The notes under the pieces were generated by a model. That model was not told the DNA's origin. It saw only the letters and a program-made list of their open reading frames with translations, and made no database searches. A stretch of 41,822 nucleotides of DNA from a virus (lineage: Duplodnaviria > Caudoviricetes), in IMG/VR virus record IMGVR_UViG_3300049892_000048, positions 1-41,822 of that record, one strand, 5' to 3'. Positions 1-8,268 of this stretch are shown here, one piece after another; positions within the stretch are counted from its first letter, which is position 1; each line of letters begins with the position of its first letter. The translations under genes and the position numbers were made by a program.

Positions 1-134
1 AGGGTAGGATAGGGGGTGGGGGTCGAACGTCGCGCCTAGGGGAACCTGGGACGTTTGGACCCGTCGATCCCCTGACCCTCTCCACCCCCCATCGAGCGGG
101 GGACATGCAATATACTTCCTCTACCACTTTCCGC

Positions 135-163
135 TTGACGGGGTTACAAAAACGTAGTACCAT
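135..163 (+). promoter_or_regulatory. sigma70-like early promoter TTGACG-N17-TACCAT
   Basis: -35 at 135-140, -10 at 158-163; shares upstream ACTTTCCGCTTGAC with the promoter at 2820. Confidence 0.75.
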
Positions 164-222
164 GGGTACACTTGAACTGGGCGCATAGTGCGCCCATCGT
201 AGACAAAAGGAACAGAGTCAGC

Positions 223-1521
223 ATGTCAGTTATCGAATCAAAACGCGCCGCGATCAACGCGGCCATCAGAGCAAAATATGGCGACGTTGTGACGCGCCAG
301 CAATTGCTCGACTACAAAGCCGACACCGGCGACTATGCGGTCTGGATTCGCCGGGATGCGTCCCTGCGCGTCGGCCGCGGTCAGTACCGCGTCCCCGGTG
401 CGGGTGAGTCCGCGTCCGTCAAGTCTGCCAAGACTCGGGCCGCGAAGACGTCCCCGATGTCATCGGAGCGTCTGGTCCTGCGCGACCCCGCGTCCACCCC
501 TGCGACCCCGGTGGTCGCCTCGCGCCCGATGAACGTCGCGGCGCCGTCCTTTGACTCATCGCTGCTGTCGGATGCCGACGCGGTGACGTCCAAGCTGCAA
601 GCGATTGCCAACGAAGCCAGCGAACTGGCGACAGTCCCCGCGAAAAACGGGGCCTTCGTCCCGTTCGGCGACTATGACATGATCCGTCAGGTCGTCGCCT
701 CCCGCAAGTTTTTCCCGGTCTTTATCACGGGTCTCTCCGGCAACGGTAAGACATTCGGGGTCGAGCAGGCGTGTGCCGCTGAGGGGCGCGAGTATATCCG
801 CGCCAACGTCACGCTGGAAACGGACGAAGACGACCTGCTCGGCGGCTTCCGTCTGAAGAACGGCAGTACAGTCTTTGAACTGGGCCCAGCCGTCGTCGCG
901 ATGCTCCGTGGGGCGGTCCTGCTGCTCGATGAGCTAGACCTCGCCTCGTCCAAGATCATGTGCCTTCAGCCGATTCTGGAAGGGAAACCGATTACCCTGA
1001 AGAAGCTCGGCATCACGATTGCGCCCGCTGAGGGCTTCACCGTCTTTGCCACCGCGAACACCAAGGGGCGCGGGGACGAATCTGGCAAGTTCATCGGCGC
1101 GGGCTTGCTCAACGAAGCCTTCTTGGAACGCTTCCCGATCACGGTCGAACAGGAATACCCGTCGATTGCGGTCGAGAAGAAGATTCTCTCCAAAACGTTT
1201 GAGCAGATGGGGTACAAGATGACCCCGCATGCCGTGACGTTCTTTGACACCCTCTCCCGCTGGGCGGAAGCGATCCGCGTGACCTACAAGGAAGGGGGCA
1301 TCGACGACCTCATCTCCACCCGTCGTCTGGTGCACATCGTCCGGGCGTATGCGATCTTCGGGGGGGATGACTCCCAGGCGCTCGGCTACTGCGTGAACCG
1401 CTTCGAACCCAAGACCAAGGATGCGTTCACGGACCTCTATAACAAACTCGCCCCGGATGCCGCGGCGCCGTCCAATGTCGGATCGCTCGACGGGGACGCC
1501 GCGGGGACCCCGGGCTTCTAA
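223..1521 (+). CDS. cobS: CobS-like / MoxR-type AAA+ ATPase of T4-like phages
   Basis: Walker A GLSGNGKT, ETDEDDLLGGFRL, Walker B LLLDELD, ATANTKGRG, NEAFLERF, ISTRRLVHI; ATG 223 after AAAGGA preferred over the track start at 172. Confidence 0.85.
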   Translation: MSVIESKRAAINAAIRAKYGDVVTRQQLLDYKADTGDYAVWIRRDASLRVGRGQYRVPGAGESASVKSAKTRAAKTSPMSSERLVLRDPASTPATPVVASRPMNVAAPSFDSSLLSDADAVTSKLQAIANEASELATVPAKNGAFVPFGDYDMIRQVVASRKFFPVFITGLSGNGKTFGVEQACAAEGREYIRANVTLETDEDDLLGGFRLKNGSTVFELGPAVVAMLRGAVLLLDELDLASSKIMCLQPILEGKPITLKKLGITIAPAEGFTVFATANTKGRGDESGKFIGAGLLNEAFLERFPITVEQEYPSIAVEKKILSKTFEQMGYKMTPHAVTFFDTLSRWAEAIRVTYKEGGIDDLISTRRLVHIVRAYAIFGGDDSQALGYCVNRFEPKTKDAFTDLYNKLAPDAAAPSNVGSLDGDAAGTPGF

Positions 1522-1528
1522 GACTCTG

Positions 1529-1590
1529 CCGGCGGATGGCGTCAAGTCCATCCGCCGGGGTCGGGGGCGGCGCTGACTCCGCCCCTGACC
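1529..1590 (+). other. two abutting GC-rich hairpins (possible terminator or mRNA-stabilising element)
   Basis: CCGGCGGATGG-N8-CCATCCGCCGG (1529-1558) directly followed by GGTCGGGGGCGG-N8-CCGCCCCTGACC (1559-1590). Confidence 0.7.
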
Positions 1591-1621
1591 GCCTCTCACT
1601 TTGTCCGCTATGAGGGCCGAT

Positions 1622-1846
1622 ATGACAAAGACGACCAACGTACAAACGACGATCCGCAACCACGCTGACTACATCCGAGCGATCCATCGGATTCATGAAC
1701 TGGAATACCTCGGGGACATGACAGGGACGCTGCCGGCCGCGGAGCAGGCGGAACTGCTGCACTTGGACCTGCTGACCATGTCCTATGAGGATGCTCTCGC
1801 CGAAGCGCGGGACGCCCAGAGTGAATACGTGACGGGAGCGCGGTAA
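1622..1846 (+). CDS. small protein resembling the HigA antitoxin N-terminal domain, no HTH
   Basis: IRNHADYIRAIHRIHEL...EQAELLHLDLLTMSYED pattern; GAGGG upstream of ATG 1622. Confidence 0.55.
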   Translation: MTKTTNVQTTIRNHADYIRAIHRIHELEYLGDMTGTLPAAEQAELLHLDLLTMSYEDALAEARDAQSEYVTGAR

Positions 1847-2058
1847 TGCGTATGCGTCCGATTCGTTCGCTTCCCTATGTCCGTCAGGGCATGACGATGT
1901 TTGGCATTATCAGTCAGGACGGCGTGTTGCTGTCGCCCCTGTTCCTCAACCGGGCGTTCGTGGAACGCCAGCGGCGGAGTTTGATCGAGCGGGGGCAGAT
2001 TCGCCCGTCCGCCCGCGTCGAAGCCTTCGTGTCCGTGGTCAATCGGAGGGCGCGGTAA
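1846..2058 (+). CDS. hypothetical protein
   Basis: TAATG coupling at both ends. Confidence 0.65.
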   Translation: MRMRPIRSLPYVRQGMTMFGIISQDGVLLSPLFLNRAFVERQRRSLIERGQIRPSARVEAFVSVVNRRAR

Positions 2059-2333
2059 TGAATCGCTCACAAAAGTTTCCCAACGTCGCCCGCGAGTCGT
2101 CCGTGACGTTCCTGACGGCGTTGGTCATCTTCCTTGGTGCCCGCGACCTGACCGGATGGATGCAGACGCTATGGGAAGGCCTCGCGGTGTGGTATCTGTT
2201 CATGGCGTTTCTGGAGCATCGCAACGAACGCCGCTACGATGACATCGAACGGATGGAACAGGACTATCAGCGGCGCCTCGACGCGATGAGTAATATGGCT
2301 GACGAGATTGACCGTCAGCGGAGGATGCGCTAA
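2058..2333 (+). CDS. hypothetical membrane protein (2 TM plus charged tail)
   Basis: two hydrophobic stretches; TAATG coupling. Confidence 0.65.
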   Translation: MNRSQKFPNVARESSVTFLTALVIFLGARDLTGWMQTLWEGLAVWYLFMAFLEHRNERRYDDIERMEQDYQRRLDAMSNMADEIDRQRRMR

Positions 2334-2602
2334 TGCCAATCACCTGGATGGACGACGACAGAACGAACGACAATCCCCCGGACATGAACATGCACCACGT
2401 CGATGCGATCTATGCCAAGGTGCTGAAGCGGTTGACGACGGCCGTCGAGGACGCCAAGGCGATCCCGTGTCGCGACACGCGACCCGCGGCCGCCGCGTGG
2501 GCTCACGCACATCTTTATGGACTGCGGGAAGCGGTGCGGCTGGTCAAGGACTTGCACGACGCCGAGACCTACCAGTCCGGCGACCAACTTGGAGGACTGT
2601 AA
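2333..2602 (+). CDS. hypothetical protein
   Basis: TAATG coupling, GGAGG SD. Confidence 0.65.
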   Translation: MPITWMDDDRTNDNPPDMNMHHVDAIYAKVLKRLTTAVEDAKAIPCRDTRPAAAAWAHAHLYGLREAVRLVKDLHDAETYQSGDQLGGL

Positions 2603-2805
2603 TGCCCGCTGGCCCGATTCGACGCTGGATGGGAGAACGCATTGCGGTCACCCCATCGCGCATTCGCTGGTACGCCACGTGGCGCACGATGGTCAAGATT
2701 GGGATGTTTGCCTCGCTGTTGGTCTATCAAGTCCGCCAGCATCGTCAGATGTTGATCGACGCGATGGACCGCGAGTACCGGCAGAATCCCAAGGTCAAGT
2801 GGTAA
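2602..2805 (+). CDS. hypothetical protein (1 hydrophobic segment)
   Basis: GGAGG SD and TAATG overlap; 3' part of track ORF 2308..2805. Confidence 0.6.
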   Translation: MPAGPIRRWMGERIAVTPSRIRWYATWRTMVKIGMFASLLVYQVRQHRQMLIDAMDREYRQNPKVKW

Positions 2806-2819
2806 CGGTAACTTTCCGC

Positions 2820-2848
2820 TTGACAACGATCACGAAACGTGTTACCAT
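2820..2848 (+). promoter_or_regulatory. sigma70-like early promoter TTGACA-N17-TACCAT
   Basis: -35 2820-2825, -10 2843-2848, intergenic. Confidence 0.8.
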
Positions 2849-2859
2849 TACTGAGTAAG

Positions 2860-3156
2860 ATGATGATGACAACGACACCGCGAACGGCAACACTCAAACT
2901 CATCAACTGTCAAGATTGTCCCTTTCATGCGAACGTGCTGTCTCCCTACACGGGCGACAGTTTCGATGATGGGATTGACCGTGACACGATCTGCGTTCAC
3001 CCCCTGGCAACGCCCTGCGAACGGTACGGCGCTGGCTCGGGCCCGAGCGTGGACGGCCGCATCATCACGGGGAGCAATCGCCCGTGGCAGATGCGCGAGA
3101 ACAGCGACATTCCGCAGTGGTGTCCACTGCTGAACACAACGACGACAACCCGCTAA
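2860..3156 (+). CDS. Cys-rich hypothetical phage protein (CxxCP...IPxWCPL)
   Basis: NCQDCPFH and IPQWCPL motifs; directly downstream of promoter. Confidence 0.65.
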   Translation: MMMTTTPRTATLKLINCQDCPFHANVLSPYTGDSFDDGIDRDTICVHPLATPCERYGAGSGPSVDGRIITGSNRPWQMRENSDIPQWCPLLNTTTTTR

Positions 3157-3165
3157 CAGAGACCT

Positions 3166-3387
3166 ATGAAACCTACAACGAACGACTCGACTGCTATCAA
3201 CCTGACCCCGAAGGTCGCCCTCAAGTTCCTGCGCTGCGTGGAGTTCACGCTCCCCGATGGCAAGACGTATACCGCGAAGCTGCTCGGTCCAGCGGATCAG
3301 AGCATCCTCGACGCGAAGGCCGTCGTCGCGGCATTCAACGCCACAGCGGCACGGAATGCGGACGTTCTCGGCGCGGAGGGCAACTAA
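3166..3387 (+). CDS. hypothetical protein
   Basis: tiles the gap between neighbours. Confidence 0.6.
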   Translation: MKPTTNDSTAINLTPKVALKFLRCVEFTLPDGKTYTAKLLGPADQSILDAKAVVAAFNATAARNADVLGAEGN

Positions 3388-3388
3388 C

Positions 3389-3988
3389 ATGCGTCTGCCC
3401 CATTTCCTCAAGTCCTTTACGGACAAGCTGCTCCCGTTGCCGGTCGCGGAGTCCGATCCATGGCTGGATGACACCAGCCACGTCGCGACGGACCACGACC
3501 TGCTCACGGAGAACCTGCGACTCGCGGGGGAACTCGATGAATCACACGACTTGTCTCGCCGGTTGACGGATGAAATCGTCGTCCTGCGGAACAAAGTGGT
3601 CGACCAGATGGCGACGATCCGCATTGCGTCGGAGTTGGGCATCAAAGCCTGCGACGTCGCCGACGACCTGACCGAGAAGCTCCGCGTGGCGGACGAAGCG
3701 AATGCGATCCTGCATGACGTGATTGCCCTCAGGGACGCGGATATCGTTTATCTCAAGGCGCTGCTGGCGAAGCCGTCCGCGCCGCCCAAGTGCAAGAAGC
3801 ACCCGAAGTATCAGGCGAAGTCCAAGCCCCGCGTGGCGTGTCCCGCCTGCTGGAAGCTCTACCGGTTCGCGAAGAAGACTGGGGAGTTCGCCTCCCCGTC
3901 ACTGGCGCCGCTGCGCGTGACGCGGAGCGACATGGACTTCAGCGGGACCGCGGCGGACCCGACGGGCGCGAAGCGGAGGGCGAAGTAA
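3389..3988 (+). CDS. coiled-coil protein with C-terminal CxxH...CxxC zinc-binding motif
   Basis: heptad-like middle, CKKHPKY...ACPACW; GGAGG SD before ATG 3389. Confidence 0.65.
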   Translation: MRLPHFLKSFTDKLLPLPVAESDPWLDDTSHVATDHDLLTENLRLAGELDESHDLSRRLTDEIVVLRNKVVDQMATIRIASELGIKACDVADDLTEKLRVADEANAILHDVIALRDADIVYLKALLAKPSAPPKCKKHPKYQAKSKPRVACPACWKLYRFAKKTGEFASPSLAPLRVTRSDMDFSGTAADPTGAKRRAK

Positions 3989-4158
3989 TGAACCTCTATT
4001 GGATGTTCTGGGCGGCCTTCATGCTCATGATGATGGTCCTCAACGGGATGACCGCACTGAATCCCGAGCGCAGTCCGTCCCTGCGAGTGCTGGCGTTCCT
4101 GATGGCCATCGCGTGTGCCGTCATGTTCATGGTCGACGTGCAGAAGGCGGTGCAGTAA
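3988..4158 (+). CDS. small 2-TM membrane protein
   Basis: MNLYWMFWAAFMLMMMVL...; TAATG coupling. Confidence 0.6.
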   Translation: MNLYWMFWAAFMLMMMVLNGMTALNPERSPSLRVLAFLMAIACAVMFMVDVQKAVQ

Positions 4159-4304
4159 TGTTCGGCCTTCGCACGATCATGCGGAAGATTTGGCAGTTCA
4201 TTCAGGACGAAGAACAGCAGAACGATTACGACAAGTTCGTGGACCGGCTGAAACAGGACCGGGAACGGACGCATTCGTGGATGCACGATGGAGACCGGCG
4301 ATGA
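4158..4304 (+). CDS. hypothetical protein
   Basis: TAATG and ATGA coupling. Confidence 0.55.
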   Translation: MFGLRTIMRKIWQFIQDEEQQNDYDKFVDRLKQDRERTHSWMHDGDRR

Positions 4305-4588
4305 AAACGCTATCGAAGCACGACCGAAAGAATTCACTACGACTCGCCACGGCGACTCGCGTTCTGAGTCAACCGCGGAAGCGCCGTGCCGCGATGCCGA
4401 CGGTCGCGAAGAAGTATCGAGTTCTGACGCCTGGCGGGACGGGTAGCGGTGTGTATGACCATCTGAAGGATGCGATGGTGGAAGTGCATCGCGACTGCCG
4501 CCCCGACAACCCGCAGCAAGTGTGGGTGCTCTTGTATGACGTGCGCGCCATTCCGAATCCGCGCATCGAAGTGAGGAAAGCGCGATGA
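4301..4588 (+). CDS. hypothetical protein
   Basis: GGAG SD, ATGA coupling. Confidence 0.6.
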   Translation: MKTLSKHDRKNSLRLATATRVLSQPRKRRAAMPTVAKKYRVLTPGGTGSGVYDHLKDAMVEVHRDCRPDNPQQVWVLLYDVRAIPNPRIEVRKAR

Positions 4589-4848
4589 CGCCGTGGGACA
4601 TCACATTACTGACGGGATACGTTGTCGTGCTGTTCGCGATCTGCATCCTGTCCGCTTACTTTACGAAGTGGGACTTCATGGACATTGCGATGCTGGCCCT
4701 TGTCTGGCCGGCGCTCACGTTCTTCGCGGTGATCTTCTCCCCGCTGTTCATGCTGGCGAAGTTCATGGAATGGGTGCGGTCGCTGCGTCGTCCGCCGGTT
4801 GACCCGATGACGACGGACAATTGGGAACAGATGCGGGGGAAGCGATGA
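4585..4848 (+). CDS. hypothetical membrane protein (2 TM)
   Basis: hydrophobic segments; ATGA coupling. Confidence 0.65.
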   Translation: MTPWDITLLTGYVVVLFAICILSAYFTKWDFMDIAMLALVWPALTFFAVIFSPLFMLAKFMEWVRSLRRPPVDPMTTDNWEQMRGKR

Positions 4849-4970
4849 TTGGCGTTTCTGTCATACTCGCCGCCTGTGGTGCGGTGATCTGGTGGTGGTG
4901 CTGGCATCCGTCCGGTGCGGCAAGCTGCCCCTACGAGTCTGAGGACGAACGCCGGAGGGACAGTCGATGA
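4845..4970 (+). CDS. 41-aa membrane peptide (not in ORF track)
   Basis: MIGVSVILAACGAVIWWWCWHP...; ATGA overlaps at both ends fill the gap exactly. Confidence 0.5.
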   Translation: MIGVSVILAACGAVIWWWCWHPSGAASCPYESEDERRRDSR

Positions 4971-5302
4971 GCATCGGCTACGGCTACCCCGACGACCGCG
5001 ACCTCGACCGTCTGGAGAACTGGACGCTGGATCAGGGGATCAACGCGGGGCTGGACTTCGCGGCGGCCCTGTGGTCGGACTACGGGACGGTCCTGCATAC
5101 GTTGACGGCGGGGGAGGCGGAAGTTGTGCATCAGGAGTGGGATGCTGCTGGCGTTCAACGGTACCGTTTCCTGCGCTTTGCGACGGGCGGATGGTCAGGG
5201 AACGAGAGCGTCATCGCGGCGATCCGAGCGAACTGGGTGCTGCGGTCGCGCTGGTGTCTGTCGAGTCGCGGCGGACTGCACATCTACGAATACGTGAAAT
5301 AA
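4967..5302 (+). CDS. conserved phage hypothetical protein (ATGGWSGNE motif)
   Basis: GYPD...ATGGWSGNESVIAA...RGGLH; GGAGG SD. Confidence 0.7.
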   Translation: MSIGYGYPDDRDLDRLENWTLDQGINAGLDFAAALWSDYGTVLHTLTAGEAEVVHQEWDAAGVQRYRFLRFATGGWSGNESVIAAIRANWVLRSRWCLSSRGGLHIYEYVK

Positions 5303-5303
5303 C

Positions 5304-5735
5304 ATGGATATCAAGATCAAACCCAACTGCGTTCATGTCGTCTGTCAGGACGGCGCATCGGTGAGTCTCCAAGCGAGCCATTATCACTACTGCCATCCGC
5401 GTGAGGATGACGGTCCGTATACCGCGATTGAAGCGGGCTTTCCGTCGGTGAACCCGCCGAAGTCGTGGGAATCGTTCGCGGAAGGTGGGGGAACACTCGA
5501 CGAGAACGGGCAGTGGCAGGACACCGAGCCGCGCTGGACGGAAACCGTCTATGCGTATCTTCCCGTCACGCACGTCATGGAGTTCCTGACGGAGCATGGG
5601 GGCGTGGCGCACGGCCAGACGCCCCCGATGGTGATGCCGACGGGTGAGGTGGTGCACTACGATATTCCTGCCCCGGCGCCGTCGAAGGCATTCAAAGCGA
5701 TTCGTCCGAGCGGTGCGCCGCTGGAACGACTGTAA
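5304..5735 (+). CDS. conserved phage hypothetical protein
   Basis: CQDGASVSLQAS..HYCHPR...EAGFPS...TVYAYLP...HGG. Confidence 0.7.
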   Translation: MDIKIKPNCVHVVCQDGASVSLQASHYHYCHPREDDGPYTAIEAGFPSVNPPKSWESFAEGGGTLDENGQWQDTEPRWTETVYAYLPVTHVMEFLTEHGGVAHGQTPPMVMPTGEVVHYDIPAPAPSKAFKAIRPSGAPLERL

Positions 5736-5761
5736 GACCCCGTAGAAAGGCGGGGAGACCA

Positions 5762-5956
5762 ATGAAAGCGATTCAGAATCAACGAGAGTATGAGCGCGCC
5801 TGTATGCGACAGATTGCGCTGGAAGAACGAGCGGACATGGAAGAACGTCCGATGACGAGCAAGGAACTGGCGGAGTACCGTCAGTTGTCCGATGCCGTCG
5901 CGGAGTACGAAGAGGACGTGATGCGCGGCGCCGGGAACGTGGCGGTGGCGCGATGA
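5762..5956 (+). CDS. second small HigA-N-terminus-like protein, no HTH
   Basis: MKAIQNQREYERA...ELAEYRQLSDAVAEYEE; GGGGAG SD. Confidence 0.55.
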   Translation: MKAIQNQREYERACMRQIALEERADMEERPMTSKELAEYRQLSDAVAEYEEDVMRGAGNVAVAR

Positions 5957-6258
5957 ACGAAAACACTCGGGCGTTCGACGTGACGATCAAGGGCGTGATT
6001 GCGGAGCCGTTAGGACAGCCGGACCGTCCCGGCGAGCCGTGCTATCTGGTCAAGTATGAGGTCGCGTTCACGCTGCCGGACGGCCGCCCGCAACGGCGAA
6101 TCGACGCAGTGTTCATTCTCGATTTTGCGGACATGACGCCGACGGCGCTCAAGGAACAAGTGGTGCGGGCCGCGCGGGAATTAGTGGACCGCCAGCGTCG
6201 GACTGCGGTGCTGACTGCCCTCACGGGGTCAGAATACCACGGCATGGCATCGGTGTAA
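5953..6258 (+). CDS. hypothetical protein
   Basis: ATGA coupling. Confidence 0.6.
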   Translation: MNENTRAFDVTIKGVIAEPLGQPDRPGEPCYLVKYEVAFTLPDGRPQRRIDAVFILDFADMTPTALKEQVVRAARELVDRQRRTAVLTALTGSEYHGMASV

Positions 6259-6261
6259 GCC

Positions 6262-6378
6262 ATGTCAAACGGACTCATGTTTGTGTGCGCTGTGCTGCTG
6301 GGCGCGTATCTCCTGCACCGATTGGGTGTGTGGTGTGATAATCAAGAGCGGCGAAACAACCGGAAGGGGTTGAGATAA
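6262..6378 (+). CDS. 38-aa membrane peptide (not in ORF track)
   Basis: MSNGLMFVCAVLLGAYLLHRLG...; TAATG overlap with SPFH gene. Confidence 0.45.
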   Translation: MSNGLMFVCAVLLGAYLLHRLGVWCDNQERRNNRKGLR

Positions 6379-7247
6379 TGGATCGTTACGGATCGAGAAC
6401 ACCAGAGGAACGGGATGCGGAATTCAAGGCGCGAGTGCGCCGCGTAGTGCGATGGGTCGGATTGAGTGTGGTGGTTTTCTTCACACTCCTGACCCTGAGT
6501 TGCTCCGTGTCGTGCGTGAATACGGGACAAGTTGGCGTCGTGACGCGCTTCGGCAAAGTCACAGGGCGGACGATGACGGAAGGCATCAACTTCGTCAATC
6601 CCCTGTATGGCGTCCACGAGATGTCAGTCCGCACACAGGAACTCAAGGAAGTGGCGGAAACGCCGTCGGAAGAAGGGTTGATTTTCAGTCTGGAAGTTTC
6701 CTTGCTGTATCACCTCGTACCGGATAAGGCCGGGACGGTCTATCAGGGCATTGGTGCGGATTACCAGACAACGTTGATCGAACCCACGTTCCGGTCGGCC
6801 ATCCGAGCGGTCACGTCCGCGCACAAGTCGGCGGACCTGTATTCTACCGCCCGAGATTCAGTGCAGACGGAAATCTTCAAGCAGACGTCCGAGCCGCTGT
6901 TGGCCCGGGGCATCGTGGTTGAGAAGGTATTGCTGCGCGATCTGAAGCTCCCCGCGACGTTGAAGGCGTCCATCGAAGGCAAGCAGCAGATGGAACAGGA
7001 AGCCGAAAAGATGAAGTTCACGCTCCAACGCGAAACGCAGGAAGCGGAACGGAAGCGCGTCGAAGCGCGGGGTATCAAGGACTTTCAGCAGATCGTATCA
7101 GAGGGCATTAGTGATAAGCTCTTGGAGTGGAAGGGTATTGAAGCCACGATTGATCTCGCCAAGAGTCCCAACGCGAAGGTGATCGTCATCGGCGCGGGCA
7201 AGGGCGGACTCCCGATCATCCTGAATCCCGGTGGAGATAACAAGTGA
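6378..7247 (+). CDS. SPFH / prohibitin (band 7) family membrane protein
   Basis: N-terminal TM, VNTGQVGVVTRFGKV, EAERKRVEARGI, KGIEAT..LAKSPNAK...GLPII. Confidence 0.9.
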   Translation: MDRYGSRTPEERDAEFKARVRRVVRWVGLSVVVFFTLLTLSCSVSCVNTGQVGVVTRFGKVTGRTMTEGINFVNPLYGVHEMSVRTQELKEVAETPSEEGLIFSLEVSLLYHLVPDKAGTVYQGIGADYQTTLIEPTFRSAIRAVTSAHKSADLYSTARDSVQTEIFKQTSEPLLARGIVVEKVLLRDLKLPATLKASIEGKQQMEQEAEKMKFTLQRETQEAERKRVEARGIKDFQQIVSEGISDKLLEWKGIEATIDLAKSPNAKVIVIGAGKGGLPIILNPGGDNK

Positions 7248-7429
7248 GCGACGAATCCGTGAAAGAGATTCTGGCACTCGCGGCGGAAGCTGCGGCGTTT
7301 GACTATGAAAACTGCGACCCGCCAGTTGCGTCTGTGCTGCGGTCGTTGGCGTATTATATCAACGAGCCCGAACGGGCCCGAGCCCGTATCGAGTTGCGGA
7401 AGAACTTTAAACCCATTCGGAGGGCGTGA
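7244..7429 (+). CDS. hypothetical protein
   Basis: GGAG SD, GTGA overlap. Confidence 0.55.
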   Translation: MSDESVKEILALAAEAAAFDYENCDPPVASVLRSLAYYINEPERARARIELRKNFKPIRRA

Positions 7430-7929
7430 TGAAAGTCGTGATCAATCAGTGCTATGGGGGATTCTCGTTGTCCCCCAAAGCCGTGCAGCGTTTGGCGGAG
7501 TTGCAGGGACGTCCCTGCTACTTCTTTGCGTCGGGAAAGTATGCAACACCCCGGTCGCGTGTGGCGGCGGTGAAGGACAAGCAAGATTGGATTTCAATCT
7601 CCTTGGCCGAGGCCGATGAACAGTTCATCTGGTGGGCGTTTGACATTCCCAATCCCAATGAAGTGTTCGGCGCGGAAGGGGATTGGTTCTCGCGGACAGT
7701 GGCTGAGAACGAAGCACAGAGTCGGTTGCACCATCAGCATACCATCGATAATCGCCCGGATGATCGTCATAACCCGCTCTTGGTCCAAGTGGTCGAAGAA
7801 TTGGGGACGGCGGCAAACGGGAGTCATGCGAAGCTCAAAGTGGTCGAGATTCCCGATGGGACGCGGTACGAGATTGACGAATACGATGGGATGGAGCATG
7901 TGGCCGAATCCCATCGGACGTGGTCGTAA
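7429..7929 (+). CDS. conserved phage hypothetical protein
   Basis: KVVINQCYGGFSLS...RHNPLLVQVVEELG...LKVVEIPDG..YEIDEYDGME. Confidence 0.75.
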   Translation: MKVVINQCYGGFSLSPKAVQRLAELQGRPCYFFASGKYATPRSRVAAVKDKQDWISISLAEADEQFIWWAFDIPNPNEVFGAEGDWFSRTVAENEAQSRLHHQHTIDNRPDDRHNPLLVQVVEELGTAANGSHAKLKVVEIPDGTRYEIDEYDGMEHVAESHRTWS

Positions 7930-7938
7930 GGAGTGAGT

Positions 7939-8238
7939 ATGTTTTGCGTGGTGTGTGGAAAAGAGCTTGTGCCAACGGCTGTCGTTTGCGTCGGATGCGG
8001 CAGTCCCACGGGAACGCAGAAAGTGCCGATGACGGACGCTCGGGCGACGACGTGGACTATGTTGGGATGGGTGTTGGGGCTGTTGCTGACGCCGATCATC
8101 AGTCTGGTCTGCGGGATCGTGCTGTGCGCTCGGGGACATTCGCGCCGGGGCTGGCCGCTCATCGGATACAGCGTGGTCCTGTGGCTGTTGATGACGTGGG
8201 TGTTGACGTCCCATCCCGAACTGAACCCGTTCGCGTAA
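7939..8238 (+). CDS. double zinc-ribbon plus 2-TM protein
   Basis: FCVVCG...CVGCG then two hydrophobic segments; AAGGAG SD. Confidence 0.7.
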   Translation: MFCVVCGKELVPTAVVCVGCGSPTGTQKVPMTDARATTWTMLGWVLGLLLTPIISLVCGIVLCARGHSRRGWPLIGYSVVLWLLMTWVLTSHPELNPFA

Positions 8239-8242
8239 GTTC

Positions 8243-8249
8243 CTAAATA
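8243..8249 (+). promoter_or_regulatory. T4-type late promoter CTAAATA
   Basis: intergenic, no -35, 20 nt before SD-led ATG 8269; same motif at several other gene starts. Confidence 0.7.
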
Positions 8250-8268
8250 TCTCTGAAGGAGTGTGTAT

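Noticed and set aside
5738-5747. CCCCGTAGAA shared with 21821-21830
   Set aside because: A single 10-mer match is expected by chance in 42 kb; flanks do not align.
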